This document shows positions 30,387-39,475 of a stretch of DNA of 64,000 bases, piece by piece. Made by a program: the position numbers and the translations under genes. Each line of letters starts with the position of its first letter. The stretch's first letter is position 1. Origin of the DNA: Longimicrobiales bacterium (GTDB taxonomy: Bacteria; Gemmatimonadota; Gemmatimonadetes; Longimicrobiales; Gaopeijiaceae); the NCBI GenBank assembly GCA_965203485.1, contig OZ241892.1, positions 2,432,001 to 2,496,000 on the forward strand. The letters run 5' to 3'. Below the pieces are notes generated by a model, which saw only the letters and a list, made by a program, of their open reading frames with translations, did not search any database and had not been told where the DNA came from.

Positions 30387-32009
30387 ATGGTGGATTCCGG
30401 CAACGCCTCGACAGCGCAAACGCCCCGGCGCCCGCCGTCTGGTTCTGCTCGCGTCGCGGCGTTTGCGTGCTTGCTCGCGGCGGCGAGCGCCGGGCACGTC
30501 CTGGTGCGAACGTCCACCTACGGCAGTGCGATCGGCCCGGACGCGGTAAGCTACATGTCCACCGCCGCCAACCTGGTCGACGGACACGGGTTGCAGGACT
30601 TCCGAGGGGTCAAGCTCTTCCCGTGGCCTCCGCTCTTTCCAGCGCTCGTCGCCCTCGCAAGTTCGCCGGGCTTGGAGCCGCTCGCCGCCGGACGCCTGCT
30701 CAACGCGGCGGCGTTCGGACTCGTCGTGCTCGTGTCCGCGCTGTGGTTGCGACGGGCTCTTCGTTCCACGCTTCTGGCAACCGGCGTCGCGACGCTGCTC
30801 GCGGCTTCGTACCCGCTGGGGCACCACGCTTCGTACCTTCAGTCCGAGCCGACCTTCATCCTGTTCACGTTGCTGGCGCTTGTGGCGATGGACCGGTGCC
30901 GGCAGAGCGGGACCGACCGGCGCGCCCTGGTCGCGGCGGTCATGTGGTCGGCGGCAGCGGCCATGACACGGTACGCGGGCGTGGCGCTGGTCCTCGCCGG
31001 CGCGCTCGTGCTGCTGGAGCAACCGGCGTTGCGACTGCGCGCGCGCGTTGCCCGCACCCTCGCTTACGGCGTCGCGTCGCTCCTTCCGCTCGCCGCATGG
31101 ACGGCGCGCAACCTGATCCAGTTCGGGCAGTGGAAGCGGACAGGACCGAACTTGGGCGGCCTCCCGCTGGCCGATCTCTTGGGGCAACTCTTCCAGGCGC
31201 CGGTGCTCGCGATCTTTCCCGGCGGGGCGCCCGGATGGGCGGCCGCGCTCCCGTGGGCCGCGGCCGCCGTGCTCGCTTCCGCAGGGATCTGGGCTTGGCG
31301 CGCGAAGCGGGACGACGAGACCATTGCCGCCCTGGGGCACGCTTGGCCGTTCGGAGTCTTCGGAGCCGTGTATCTGCTGTTCTTGCTCGCCACCGTGACT
31401 CGCTTCACCGGGGAGGGCATGGACCCGCGCTTCATGCTGGTGGCCTATGTTCCGTTCGTGCTTGCGGGCGCATGCGTTCTGGACGGGCTGCTCTCCGTGG
31501 ACGCCCGAGGCTGGCGGGCGCCCGCCAAGCGTTGCGCCGGCGCGCTTGTCGGCACGGGCCTGGTCCTCGGCATCGTCCTGGGAGTTCGGGACAACGCCCG
31601 TGCCACGGCGAAGGCTCTACGCGAGGGATTCTATGGCCGCACGTACAACGTCGCTCTGTGGAAGGGATCGGAGACGATCGGCTTCCTGGAGGCGAATCCG
31701 ACGACGGAGCCGGTGTACGCCAACCGCACGGGCATCTTGCACGCGGTCCTCGCGCTCGAGTCCGGCGACAACGTGCGCGGCAAGTATCTCACGCTGCCCA
31801 AGGGGCGAAACGCGCTGGAGGCGTTGCCGGGCAGCTTCCATGCCGCATGGCTCAAGCTAGACGGCGACGACGGCTATGAATACGACTACCGGGCGATCGC
31901 CGCGTTGCCCGGCGCCGAACTGGTGGCCGACTTCGCGGACGGCGCGGTGATCCGCGTCGGCAACGGCACGCTCGGGCTTCCGGCCAGCCCCACGTCGGCG
32001 ATTCCATGA
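30387..32009 (+). CDS. GT-C (ArnT/PMT-like) membrane glycosyltransferase
   Basis: N-terminal TM then PDAVSY...WPPLFP; SEP; many TM segments; periplasmic C-terminal domain. Confidence 0.75.
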   Translation: MVDSGNASTAQTPRRPPSGSARVAAFACLLAAASAGHVLVRTSTYGSAIGPDAVSYMSTAANLVDGHGLQDFRGVKLFPWPPLFPALVALASSPGLEPLAAGRLLNAAAFGLVVLVSALWLRRALRSTLLATGVATLLAASYPLGHHASYLQSEPTFILFTLLALVAMDRCRQSGTDRRALVAAVMWSAAAAMTRYAGVALVLAGALVLLEQPALRLRARVARTLAYGVASLLPLAAWTARNLIQFGQWKRTGPNLGGLPLADLLGQLFQAPVLAIFPGGAPGWAAALPWAAAAVLASAGIWAWRAKRDDETIAALGHAWPFGVFGAVYLLFLLATVTRFTGEGMDPRFMLVAYVPFVLAGACVLDGLLSVDARGWRAPAKRCAGALVGTGLVLGIVLGVRDNARATAKALREGFYGRTYNVALWKGSETIGFLEANPTTEPVYANRTGILHAVLALESGDNVRGKYLTLPKGRNALEALPGSFHAAWLKLDGDDGYEYDYRAIAALPGAELVADFADGAVIRVGNGTLGLPASPTSAIP

Positions 32010-33643
32010 CGCGGCCCCCGCGGGCCGGAGCACGCCCACGCGCGACCCTCCTGTCCAAGTTGCCGGACGGCCCAGCCTTCTGGACGCTGGTCCTTGCGCT
32101 GGGCGTCGCGGCCACGCAACTCGGGAGCTTCGGCGAGGAGACGTTGCACTCGGACGAACACTGCTTCCTCCTCATGGCCGCGCACGTGCTGGACGGAAAT
32201 CTTCCGGGCGACGGACTCTTCGACATCAAGCCGCCGCTGTTTTTCTACATGTTGGCCGGAGCATTCGCAGTCTTCGGCGAGACGCTGGGCGTGGCGCGGC
32301 TGTTCGGGGACGTGACGACTCTGGCGCTCTGCTTGGTCACGTTCGCGGTTGCCCGCCGGTGGACGGGACCAGGCCCCGCCGGGCTGGGCGCGCTGCTGGT
32401 CGTCGCCGCGACGGCGGGCTACACGGGTCAAGCGACCCTGACGGACGCGCCGGCGATGGCTCTGCTCATGGCCAGCATGGGGCTCCTGTTGGCGCGACGG
32501 GGCGGCGCATGGACCGCGGCGCCCGCGGGCTTCCTGGCCTCGGCCGCCGCGCTGACGCGTCTCAATCTGGCGATTCCCGTCGCGGCGATGGCGGCGTGGC
32601 TCGCGTTTCGAGCGCTGCGCAGGCCTGGTCCTGCGAAGTGGGCCTCGCTCGTCGCCTTTGCCGTTGCCGGACTGGCGCTGCCCGCCACCTTCCTGTTCCT
32701 GTATTGGCGCGCGGACGCCCTTGCGGTTGCGCGACTGACGCTGATCGACGTGCCGCTGTCCTACGGCGGCCAAACGAGCGTGGGCGAGACCCTCGCGGGC
32801 CAAGCGGCGGCGCTGTGGACCATTGCCCGCGGCAGGCCCGTTGCCGCCGTCGCTTTTGCCGGCGCCGCCGTCGCCGGCGCCGCCGCGGCGTTGCGAACGC
32901 GCTCCACCCGGACGCGCGACGCCACTGCCGCGGCCGACGATGGCGGCGCTCCTGGGACAGCCGGCACCCGCCGGGTGGACGACGAATTCCTGCTGGCGGC
33001 CGTGCTGGCCGGCGCCGGAGTTGCCGTTGCGACGGCCGGCGTCGCGAGCACGCTCTACGCCTTCATGTGGATTCCCGTCGTTGCCGTCTACGCCGCCCGC
33101 GGCATCGGCTGGGGAGCCGCGCAGGCAAGGCGCCTGCCCAGGCCTTGGCCCGAGCGCGCCCGCGGGGCCGCCGCGGCCGCCGCGGCCGCCGCGACATCGG
33201 GTCTCTTGGCGTCGGCGCTGCACGACCGGGCAACGCGGCCGCCCCCGGTCCAGCCGTTGCGCCGCGCCGCCGAGGCCGTCGCGGCCGACCGCGTTCCGTC
33301 CGACCGCGTCTGGGCAGTCGACAGCCCCATCGTTTCGTGGTACCTGGACACCGAGTCCGTGGTGCCGCTCTCCTTCCCCCAGAACTTGGGCAAGCCAGCC
33401 GTCATGCGGCCGCTGACGGAATCGGGATACCTCGGTCCGCGTCCGCTGGAGGACGCCATGGCGGCGCAGCCGGCCTATCTGGTCGTCCGGTCCGACCATG
33501 GCGCGCCCTTCCGGCCGCCCGGCTTCATCGAGAGGCACGGCGCCCGGCAGGCCGAGCTCCTCGCCCGTTGGGTGCGCGACAACTACTCGCTCTTCCACGA
33601 CGCCGGAGGGGTCGCCGTGTACAAGGCGAACGCGCGCCCGTGA
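32006..33643 (+). CDS. GT-C (ArnT/PMT-like) membrane glycosyltransferase
   Basis: DE motif after TM1 (HSDEHCF), DIKPPLFFY, many TM segments; ATGA overlap with the upstream gene. Confidence 0.8.
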   Translation: MTRPPRAGARPRATLLSKLPDGPAFWTLVLALGVAATQLGSFGEETLHSDEHCFLLMAAHVLDGNLPGDGLFDIKPPLFFYMLAGAFAVFGETLGVARLFGDVTTLALCLVTFAVARRWTGPGPAGLGALLVVAATAGYTGQATLTDAPAMALLMASMGLLLARRGGAWTAAPAGFLASAAALTRLNLAIPVAAMAAWLAFRALRRPGPAKWASLVAFAVAGLALPATFLFLYWRADALAVARLTLIDVPLSYGGQTSVGETLAGQAAALWTIARGRPVAAVAFAGAAVAGAAAALRTRSTRTRDATAAADDGGAPGTAGTRRVDDEFLLAAVLAGAGVAVATAGVASTLYAFMWIPVVAVYAARGIGWGAAQARRLPRPWPERARGAAAAAAAAATSGLLASALHDRATRPPPVQPLRRAAEAVAADRVPSDRVWAVDSPIVSWYLDTESVVPLSFPQNLGKPAVMRPLTESGYLGPRPLEDAMAAQPAYLVVRSDHGAPFRPPGFIERHGARQAELLARWVRDNYSLFHDAGGVAVYKANARP

Positions 33644-33671
33644 AGACGCGTGCCAAGGCGCGCGGCCGCTC

Positions 33672-36600
33672 GTGCCGATAGCGTCGCCCCGCCCCGCCGG
33701 CGCGTGGCGGAACGACTGGTCCCGGGCGCCCGTCGAGCCGCTCGGCGACTTCACGCCCGCGGCGCCCGTGAGCGTCGTCGTGCCCTACTACCAGACGCAT
33801 GCCGAGACGCTGCCCAAGACGCTGGCCGCCCTGGAGGGCCAGTCCTATCCGCGCAACCTCTTCGAGGTCGTGATCGTCGACGACGGCTCCGAACCCCCAT
33901 TGAATCGCCCGCGCAACGCCCCCTTCAAGGTCAGGGTCGTGCACCAGGAGCGGCGCGGTTTCGGGCTGGCCAGAGCCCGCAACAACGGCGCGCGCGCGGC
34001 CGCGCACGACATCCTCCTCTTTCTGGACAGCGACGTCCTCGCCGGCCCGGCTTGGATCGCCGCCCACGCCCGATGGCACCACGCGGTCGCCGACGCGCTG
34101 ACCGTCGGGCTCACCTCCTACGTCGCGACCAGCGACATCTGCGCCGAGACCGTTCGCCGAGCGGCCGGGGGGCTGGCCGGGCTCCTGGCCGGGCGGCCGA
34201 CCGACCCGCCGCGCGCCGAAGGGCTGCTCCGGCGCACCAACGACCTGAGAACCAAGGACGACGCCGTCTTCATGGCGATGGCCGGCAACAACTTCGGCAT
34301 CCGCAAGGAGTTCTACGCCGAGATCGGCGGCAGCGACGAGTCGTTCGCTCGCTGGGGATACGAAGACACCGAACTGGCGCACCGGGCCTACGTGCGCGGC
34401 GGGATGATCGCCCCCGCCCACGACGCCGTCGGGTGGCATCAGGGACGCTGGGAGAAGCACCGCAACCGCACGGGAAACCGCATCCAGCACGAGAAGGCGT
34501 CGCATCTGATCGCCCACCGGCTGTTTCGCCGGCGCCGTCCGGGCCGGGTGTTCGCGGTACCCGAGTTCGCGGTGACGCTCGACGCCGGCGATCTCGAGGC
34601 CGAGCGGGTGGCCGACGGCGTGGCGCTGCTCCTGGCCGACCGCGTGCACGACCTCGTAGTGAGAATCGTCGTGCGGGACGCAGACGGCGACGAGCGGACC
34701 GCGAGGCTGCGCGAGGCGTTCGGCGCGGACCCGCGAGTCCGCATCTCGGAGAGCGGAAACGCGATGGACGACTTCCCGGCTTCGCCGTTCCATGTTCTTC
34801 TGCCGTCTCGCGCGTCGTTCTCGCGTCACGTGGTGCACCGCTTGCGGGCTCGGCTCCGCAACGCGGCCGTGGCCCGCGTTCAACTGGCCGACGGCGACAG
34901 GGTGGAGATCGCCCGCGCCTGGGCTCTCCACCGCGCCCGGCGAGCGGGAGGGCGGCCCGAGGACTTCGGCGACCTGCGGATGCTGTCGTCTCGCACACTG
35001 CGGACGAGCGCGGGGCGACGATCCCTGGCCGCCGGGGCGCGGCCTTGGCGCGAGCCCCATCCGAAGCGCCGCCGCTTGGCCGATTCCTTGCGCTTGGTGG
35101 AGAGCCCCGCCGATGCCTGGACTTGGCTGAAGTGGGTCGGCTACCGATGCTCGCAGGAGGCGCGCCGACGAGGAGACGGGCTCTGGCGAAAGACGGTCCA
35201 AGCCGCGGAATCGTCCAAAGGGGGACCGGTCCCTGCGGTCGCCGCAGTCTTGTGGCGAACGGCCAACCGCAGGCGCCTCGTTCCCTGGCACGCGAGGCAC
35301 GCGACTCGCGCCGCGGTGGCCCGCACCGCTGGAGCCTGGAGCACGCTGGCAGGCGCCTTCCGCGCGCCGGCGTCCCCCGGCGCCGCCATGACCGGCGAGA
35401 CCAGCGAACCAGTCCCGAGCAAGACGGACGGCTCTCGGACCGGCCGCGCGCCCCACCGCATGGAACGCTCGCCCCCGAACGCGGCCCCGGAGACGGCTCG
35501 GTCCCGCGAGCGTCCCCGAACCGGCATGGACCGGCGGCCCGCGCCCCCGAACGCGGCGCCCGGCGCGGTCCCACCGTTCGACGCCCGCGTGTGGAACCCC
35601 GTCCGCTGGCGCCGGACCGTCGGCGGCCGCGTGGGCGCTCTGGGACCGCTCCAGCGCCTGCCGCCTGGCGTCTACGCCGATTCCGCGGTCCGGCCCAACG
35701 ACGTCTTCGCCCTGCGACGGCTGCACCACGTAAAGGACGTGGCCGCGTTCCACACGAGCGCGGAGGCCCGCGCGGCCACCTTGGCTCGCGTCGCCGGCAC
35801 CGGCGCACTGGTTCACTTGGCGGACGAATGTCCCGACCTCGGCCGTCTCCTGGGCGAGGAACTCCACAGTCTCATGATGGAGGACCCTGCCGGTCTCGAT
35901 GCGGCCGGTCGCGAAGCGCTTAGCGTCCGCTTGCGCCGCTTGGCGCTCCGCGACCACTCGACGGCCGGGCGGGCAGCTCCGCGCCTTCGACGGGCTCCGG
36001 GAGCCGGCCCGCGCCCGGACACACGCGGCGAGCCGCCGGTCGCGGCGGGGCCTCAGTCCCTCGGTCCCTCCGCCTCTTCCCGCAAGCACGACGAGTTGCC
36101 GGTCGTGTCGGTGCTGCTGGCTACCCGCCGCCCGGAGCTTCTGCCGCGTGCGCTCGAGGCCGTGGCCCGGCAGACCTACCCCCGCCTTGAACTCGTCCTT
36201 GCGCTGCACGGCGACGGCTTCGGCAGGTCCGGCCCGGCTGCCGACCTCCCCTGCCCCGGCAAGACGTTGCGTTTCCCCTCGCACGAGACCCTTGGCACGG
36301 TGCTGGGCAAGGCCGCGGCGGCCTCGCGCGGCCATCTGCTCGCCAAGATGGACGACGACGACGCGTACGACGACGACCACGTCTGGGACTTGGTTCTGGC
36401 CCGCGCGTATTCGGGAGCGCAACTGGTCAGCAAGGGACTGGAATTCGTATATTTGGCCGCGGCGAACACGACGGTCCACCTGCACGCGGGGCGTGGCGAG
36501 GACTATCGTACGATGACGTTCACCGGAGGCACGATGTTGATTTCGCGCCGAGACCTCGCTCGCGCCGGCGGATGGCCGCGCTCGCGCCGGGGCGTGGACA

Positions 36601-36824
36601 AGGAGCTGGTCGAACGCGTCTTGCGGGCGCGCGGATGCGTCTACCGGACCCATGGATTCGGGTACTTGATGATCCGGCGGCCGGCCGGCCACACCTGGGT
36701 GCAGACGGACGACTACTTCCTGGACAAGGCCGAGACCGCGGCGCCGGGATGGAATCCGGCGCTGGCCGGCCTGCCCTCCGTCCAGCGTCCCCCGGTCCTC
36801 GGCGCGCCGGGACGGACTTCATGA
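33672..36824 (+). CDS. multidomain glycosyltransferase with two GT2-like domains
   Basis: N-terminal VSVVVP..VIVDDGS..ARNNGA..FLDSD..WGYEDTE; C-terminal VSVLLATRRP..AKMDDDD. Start approximate. Confidence 0.85.
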   Translation: MPIASPRPAGAWRNDWSRAPVEPLGDFTPAAPVSVVVPYYQTHAETLPKTLAALEGQSYPRNLFEVVIVDDGSEPPLNRPRNAPFKVRVVHQERRGFGLARARNNGARAAAHDILLFLDSDVLAGPAWIAAHARWHHAVADALTVGLTSYVATSDICAETVRRAAGGLAGLLAGRPTDPPRAEGLLRRTNDLRTKDDAVFMAMAGNNFGIRKEFYAEIGGSDESFARWGYEDTELAHRAYVRGGMIAPAHDAVGWHQGRWEKHRNRTGNRIQHEKASHLIAHRLFRRRRPGRVFAVPEFAVTLDAGDLEAERVADGVALLLADRVHDLVVRIVVRDADGDERTARLREAFGADPRVRISESGNAMDDFPASPFHVLLPSRASFSRHVVHRLRARLRNAAVARVQLADGDRVEIARAWALHRARRAGGRPEDFGDLRMLSSRTLRTSAGRRSLAAGARPWREPHPKRRRLADSLRLVESPADAWTWLKWVGYRCSQEARRRGDGLWRKTVQAAESSKGGPVPAVAAVLWRTANRRRLVPWHARHATRAAVARTAGAWSTLAGAFRAPASPGAAMTGETSEPVPSKTDGSRTGRAPHRMERSPPNAAPETARSRERPRTGMDRRPAPPNAAPGAVPPFDARVWNPVRWRRTVGGRVGALGPLQRLPPGVYADSAVRPNDVFALRRLHHVKDVAAFHTSAEARAATLARVAGTGALVHLADECPDLGRLLGEELHSLMMEDPAGLDAAGREALSVRLRRLALRDHSTAGRAAPRLRRAPGAGPRPDTRGEPPVAAGPQSLGPSASSRKHDELPVVSVLLATRRPELLPRALEAVARQTYPRLELVLALHGDGFGRSGPAADLPCPGKTLRFPSHETLGTVLGKAAAASRGHLLAKMDDDDAYDDDHVWDLVLARAYSGAQLVSKGLEFVYLAAANTTVHLHAGRGEDYRTMTFTGGTMLISRRDLARAGGWPRSRRGVDKELVERVLRARGCVYRTHGFGYLMIRRPAGHTWVQTDDYFLDKAETAAPGWNPALAGLPSVQRPPVLGAPGRTS

Positions 36825-37726
36825 TCCCGCCGCGCACGAGGGCCCGTCCCCACGGCGATCCGGCGCGTCCATCGCGCAGAGCGCGCCGCGCCGGGCGGCT
36901 CGCGTCGCTCGCCCGGCGCCCAAGCGTGGTCGGAGACCTCGCCACCAAACTGATTCGCGGACGAGTCGGCGATGCGCTGCGGATCGCCCGCACCGCCTCG
37001 GGCGAACCGGACCTGGGGGCCGAGAAGATCGTGTCGCACAAGTTCCGGTGCCTGTGGCTGTGCAATCCGAAAGTGGCGTCGCGGAGCATCGCTGGAGCGT
37101 TGCTGGAAGCGGATCCGGGCGCCGAAGTGGTTTCCGGCTTGAGCGCCCCGGAGCTGCTGGCCGCGCGCCCGGAATTGAACGAGTACTTCAGCTTTGCGTT
37201 CGTGCGTCGCCCCGTTGGCCGGGCGCTGTCGCTTCATGCGGAACTCCGCTTCGGCGAACAGCGCAACCGGGGCCGCCAGCGGCGCGCGAAGAAGGAAAAG
37301 CGCGAGTGGTTCTTCGCCCGCTACCCCGGGTTGGAAGACGCCTGCACGTTCGACCGGTTTTGCCGTTGGCTGAGCACCCCTTACGGCTCCGACGACTTCG
37401 CGGACCGCCATTTCCTGTCGCAACACGTGCAGATCCGCTTGAGCGACGGACGCTTGCCTCGCTTCGTGGGCCGGCTCGAGAACATCGACGCCGACTGGAA
37501 GACCCTTGCGGCGAGGCTGGGGATGCCCGCGCGACCCCTTGCGATGCTGAACACGATGTCCGGGTGGAACCCCGATCCAGCGGTCGCACGCCATGTCCGC
37601 CGAGTCGTGGAACGGCAAGTCGCTCCGTTTGCCCGCACGCTGTTGCGCGCTCGCTACGCGGAAGACTACCGAGTCGCGGACGCAACGCCCCGCGAAGCAG
37701 GCCCGGAACGGACCGATGCGGCATGA
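36821..37726 (+). CDS. sulfotransferase family 2 protein
   Basis: 5'-PSB NPKVASRSI, 3'-PB FAFVRRP..RALS, HFLSQ, FVGRLE, RYAEDY. Confidence 0.82.
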   Translation: MIPPRTRARPHGDPARPSRRARRAGRLASLARRPSVVGDLATKLIRGRVGDALRIARTASGEPDLGAEKIVSHKFRCLWLCNPKVASRSIAGALLEADPGAEVVSGLSAPELLAARPELNEYFSFAFVRRPVGRALSLHAELRFGEQRNRGRQRRAKKEKREWFFARYPGLEDACTFDRFCRWLSTPYGSDDFADRHFLSQHVQIRLSDGRLPRFVGRLENIDADWKTLAARLGMPARPLAMLNTMSGWNPDPAVARHVRRVVERQVAPFARTLLRARYAEDYRVADATPREAGPERTDAA

Positions 37727-38355
37727 TGACCCGCCCCCCTCCGGTTCCACGGGGCGCGGGCGCGATGACTACCGGCGACGGCGCAGCCGCGTTGCGTTGG
37801 TTGCGCGTGCTTGGCGCCATCCTGGACCAAGCCACGTGCTTGCGCAATCGCCGTCCAGCGCCCCTGGAGACCGGTCTGGACGCCCTCTTGCTGCTGTGGT
37901 CCGAGCTGGCGTCGCACGGCGGTTCCATCTACTGGATCGGCAACGGCGGCACCGCCGCGTTGGTTTCGCACATGTCCCAAGATGTTCTAAACCAGTGCGG
38001 AATCAGATCCATGACCTTGAACGATCCCTCTCTCATTACCTGCATGGCGAACGACTTCGGCTATGAGAACGTCTTCAGGCGTCCGCTCGAAGTCATGGCG
38101 ACAAAGGGCGACTTGCTCATTGCCGTTTCCAGCTCCGGGGAATCCGAGAACATCGTTTCGGCTGCCAAGGCGGCGCTCGACGCAGGCCTGCGATTGGTCA
38201 CTTTGTCGGCGTTCTCGTCCGAGAACCGGTTGCGCGCGTTGTCGGCGGAGTTGTCCTTCCATGTGCCCGTCAACACCTGCTCGCACGCGGAACTCGCCCA
38301 CGAAGCGCTGCTTCACGCCGTGGTAGACACTTTCAAGCTCCGGCGGACTTGCTAG
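37723..38355 (+). CDS. gmhA: SIS-domain sedoheptulose-7-phosphate isomerase-like protein
   Basis: IGNGG, ANDFGYENVF, GDLLIAVSSSGESENI. Confidence 0.8.
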   Translation: MMTRPPPVPRGAGAMTTGDGAAALRWLRVLGAILDQATCLRNRRPAPLETGLDALLLLWSELASHGGSIYWIGNGGTAALVSHMSQDVLNQCGIRSMTLNDPSLITCMANDFGYENVFRRPLEVMATKGDLLIAVSSSGESENIVSAAKAALDAGLRLVTLSAFSSENRLRALSAELSFHVPVNTCSHAELAHEALLHAVVDTFKLRRTC

Positions 38356-38402
38356 CTTGTAGACAGGCGGCCCGGCAGGCGGTGTCGGCGAGGGAGATTT
38401 AG

Positions 38403-39389
38403 TTGATCATCACTAGGACGCCGTACCGGATCACCTTCGCAGGCGGCGGAACGGATTATCCCGAATACTTTCGTGGCCGCGGGAGCATCGCGATCAACGC
38501 CGCCATCAACAAGCACTTGTATGTCCTCCTCACTGAGCGGCTGGACAGCCGCACGCGAATAGCCTACTTCCGCGGCGCGGAGCTCCTGCAGGACTTGAAC
38601 AAAATGCAGCACGAGATCGTTCGGGCCGTGTTGCAGAGATACGGGATAACGGGCGGCATCGAAATCGCCACGATAGGCGAGGTTCCGGCCGAAGCAGGGC
38701 TTGGCTCCAGCAGTGCCGTCACCGTCGGCTTGGTGCACGCCGTGCGCACGCACTTGGGCTTGGCGTGCAACCCGCAAGTCCTGGCCGAGGAGGCCATCGT
38801 CGTCGAGACGGAAATTCTCAAGCGTCCGACTGGATGGCAAGATCCCTGGGGCGTTTCATTTCCGGGCATCAAGGCTATTTCCTTCGGTCCGGAAGGCGAC
38901 ACGCGACTAGAGCCGCTTGCGTTGTCGCCGACTCAGCAATGCGAGCTGGAGCGGCATTCGCTGCTCGTGTTCACGCAACAGTTGCGGAGAGCCGAATCGA
39001 CGCTGGCGGAACAACGTGAGAATGCGGTGCACAACACCGCAGTTTTGGACGAGATTCGGCACCTAGCGACGAGAGTGCGGGCATGCCTCGACATGGATAT
39101 GATGGACTGCATCGATCTCCCGTCGCTCGCCGCCCTCTTGACCGAGCACTGGCAAGCCAAGAAGACGCTCGCATGCAACATCACCAGCTCGCGGATCAAC
39201 CGGTTCTACGAGACCGGGATGGACTCGGGGGCATGGGGCGGGAAGCTCCTCGGAGCGGGAAACGGAGGCTTCCTGTTCTTTTTGGCTCCCGAAGAGAAGC
39301 AGTCGGACATGGTGTCGCGCATGGGGTCGCCGATCACGATACGCCCGCAACTCGATCGCGAGGGTGCATGCGTGGTCTACGCGAACTAG
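38403..39389 (+). CDS. hddA: D-glycero-alpha-D-manno-heptose-7-phosphate kinase (GHMP kinase)
   Basis: IITRTPYRITFAGGGTD, PAEAGLGSSS, GWQD, GGKLLGAGNGGF. Confidence 0.85.
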   Translation: MIITRTPYRITFAGGGTDYPEYFRGRGSIAINAAINKHLYVLLTERLDSRTRIAYFRGAELLQDLNKMQHEIVRAVLQRYGITGGIEIATIGEVPAEAGLGSSSAVTVGLVHAVRTHLGLACNPQVLAEEAIVVETEILKRPTGWQDPWGVSFPGIKAISFGPEGDTRLEPLALSPTQQCELERHSLLVFTQQLRRAESTLAEQRENAVHNTAVLDEIRHLATRVRACLDMDMMDCIDLPSLAALLTEHWQAKKTLACNITSSRINRFYETGMDSGAWGGKLLGAGNGGFLFFLAPEEKQSDMVSRMGSPITIRPQLDREGACVVYAN

Positions 39390-39475
39390 TCTCAATCTCC
39401 GGCGCGGCGTCGGCTCGACCGCCTCGCCGCCGTGTTCGCGATGCCGCCTGTACCGCCGACCGTCGGCGCGACGTC

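Noticed and set aside
33525..36692. 1055-aa minus-strand ORF
   Set aside because: Antisense to the GT2 gene; no motifs.
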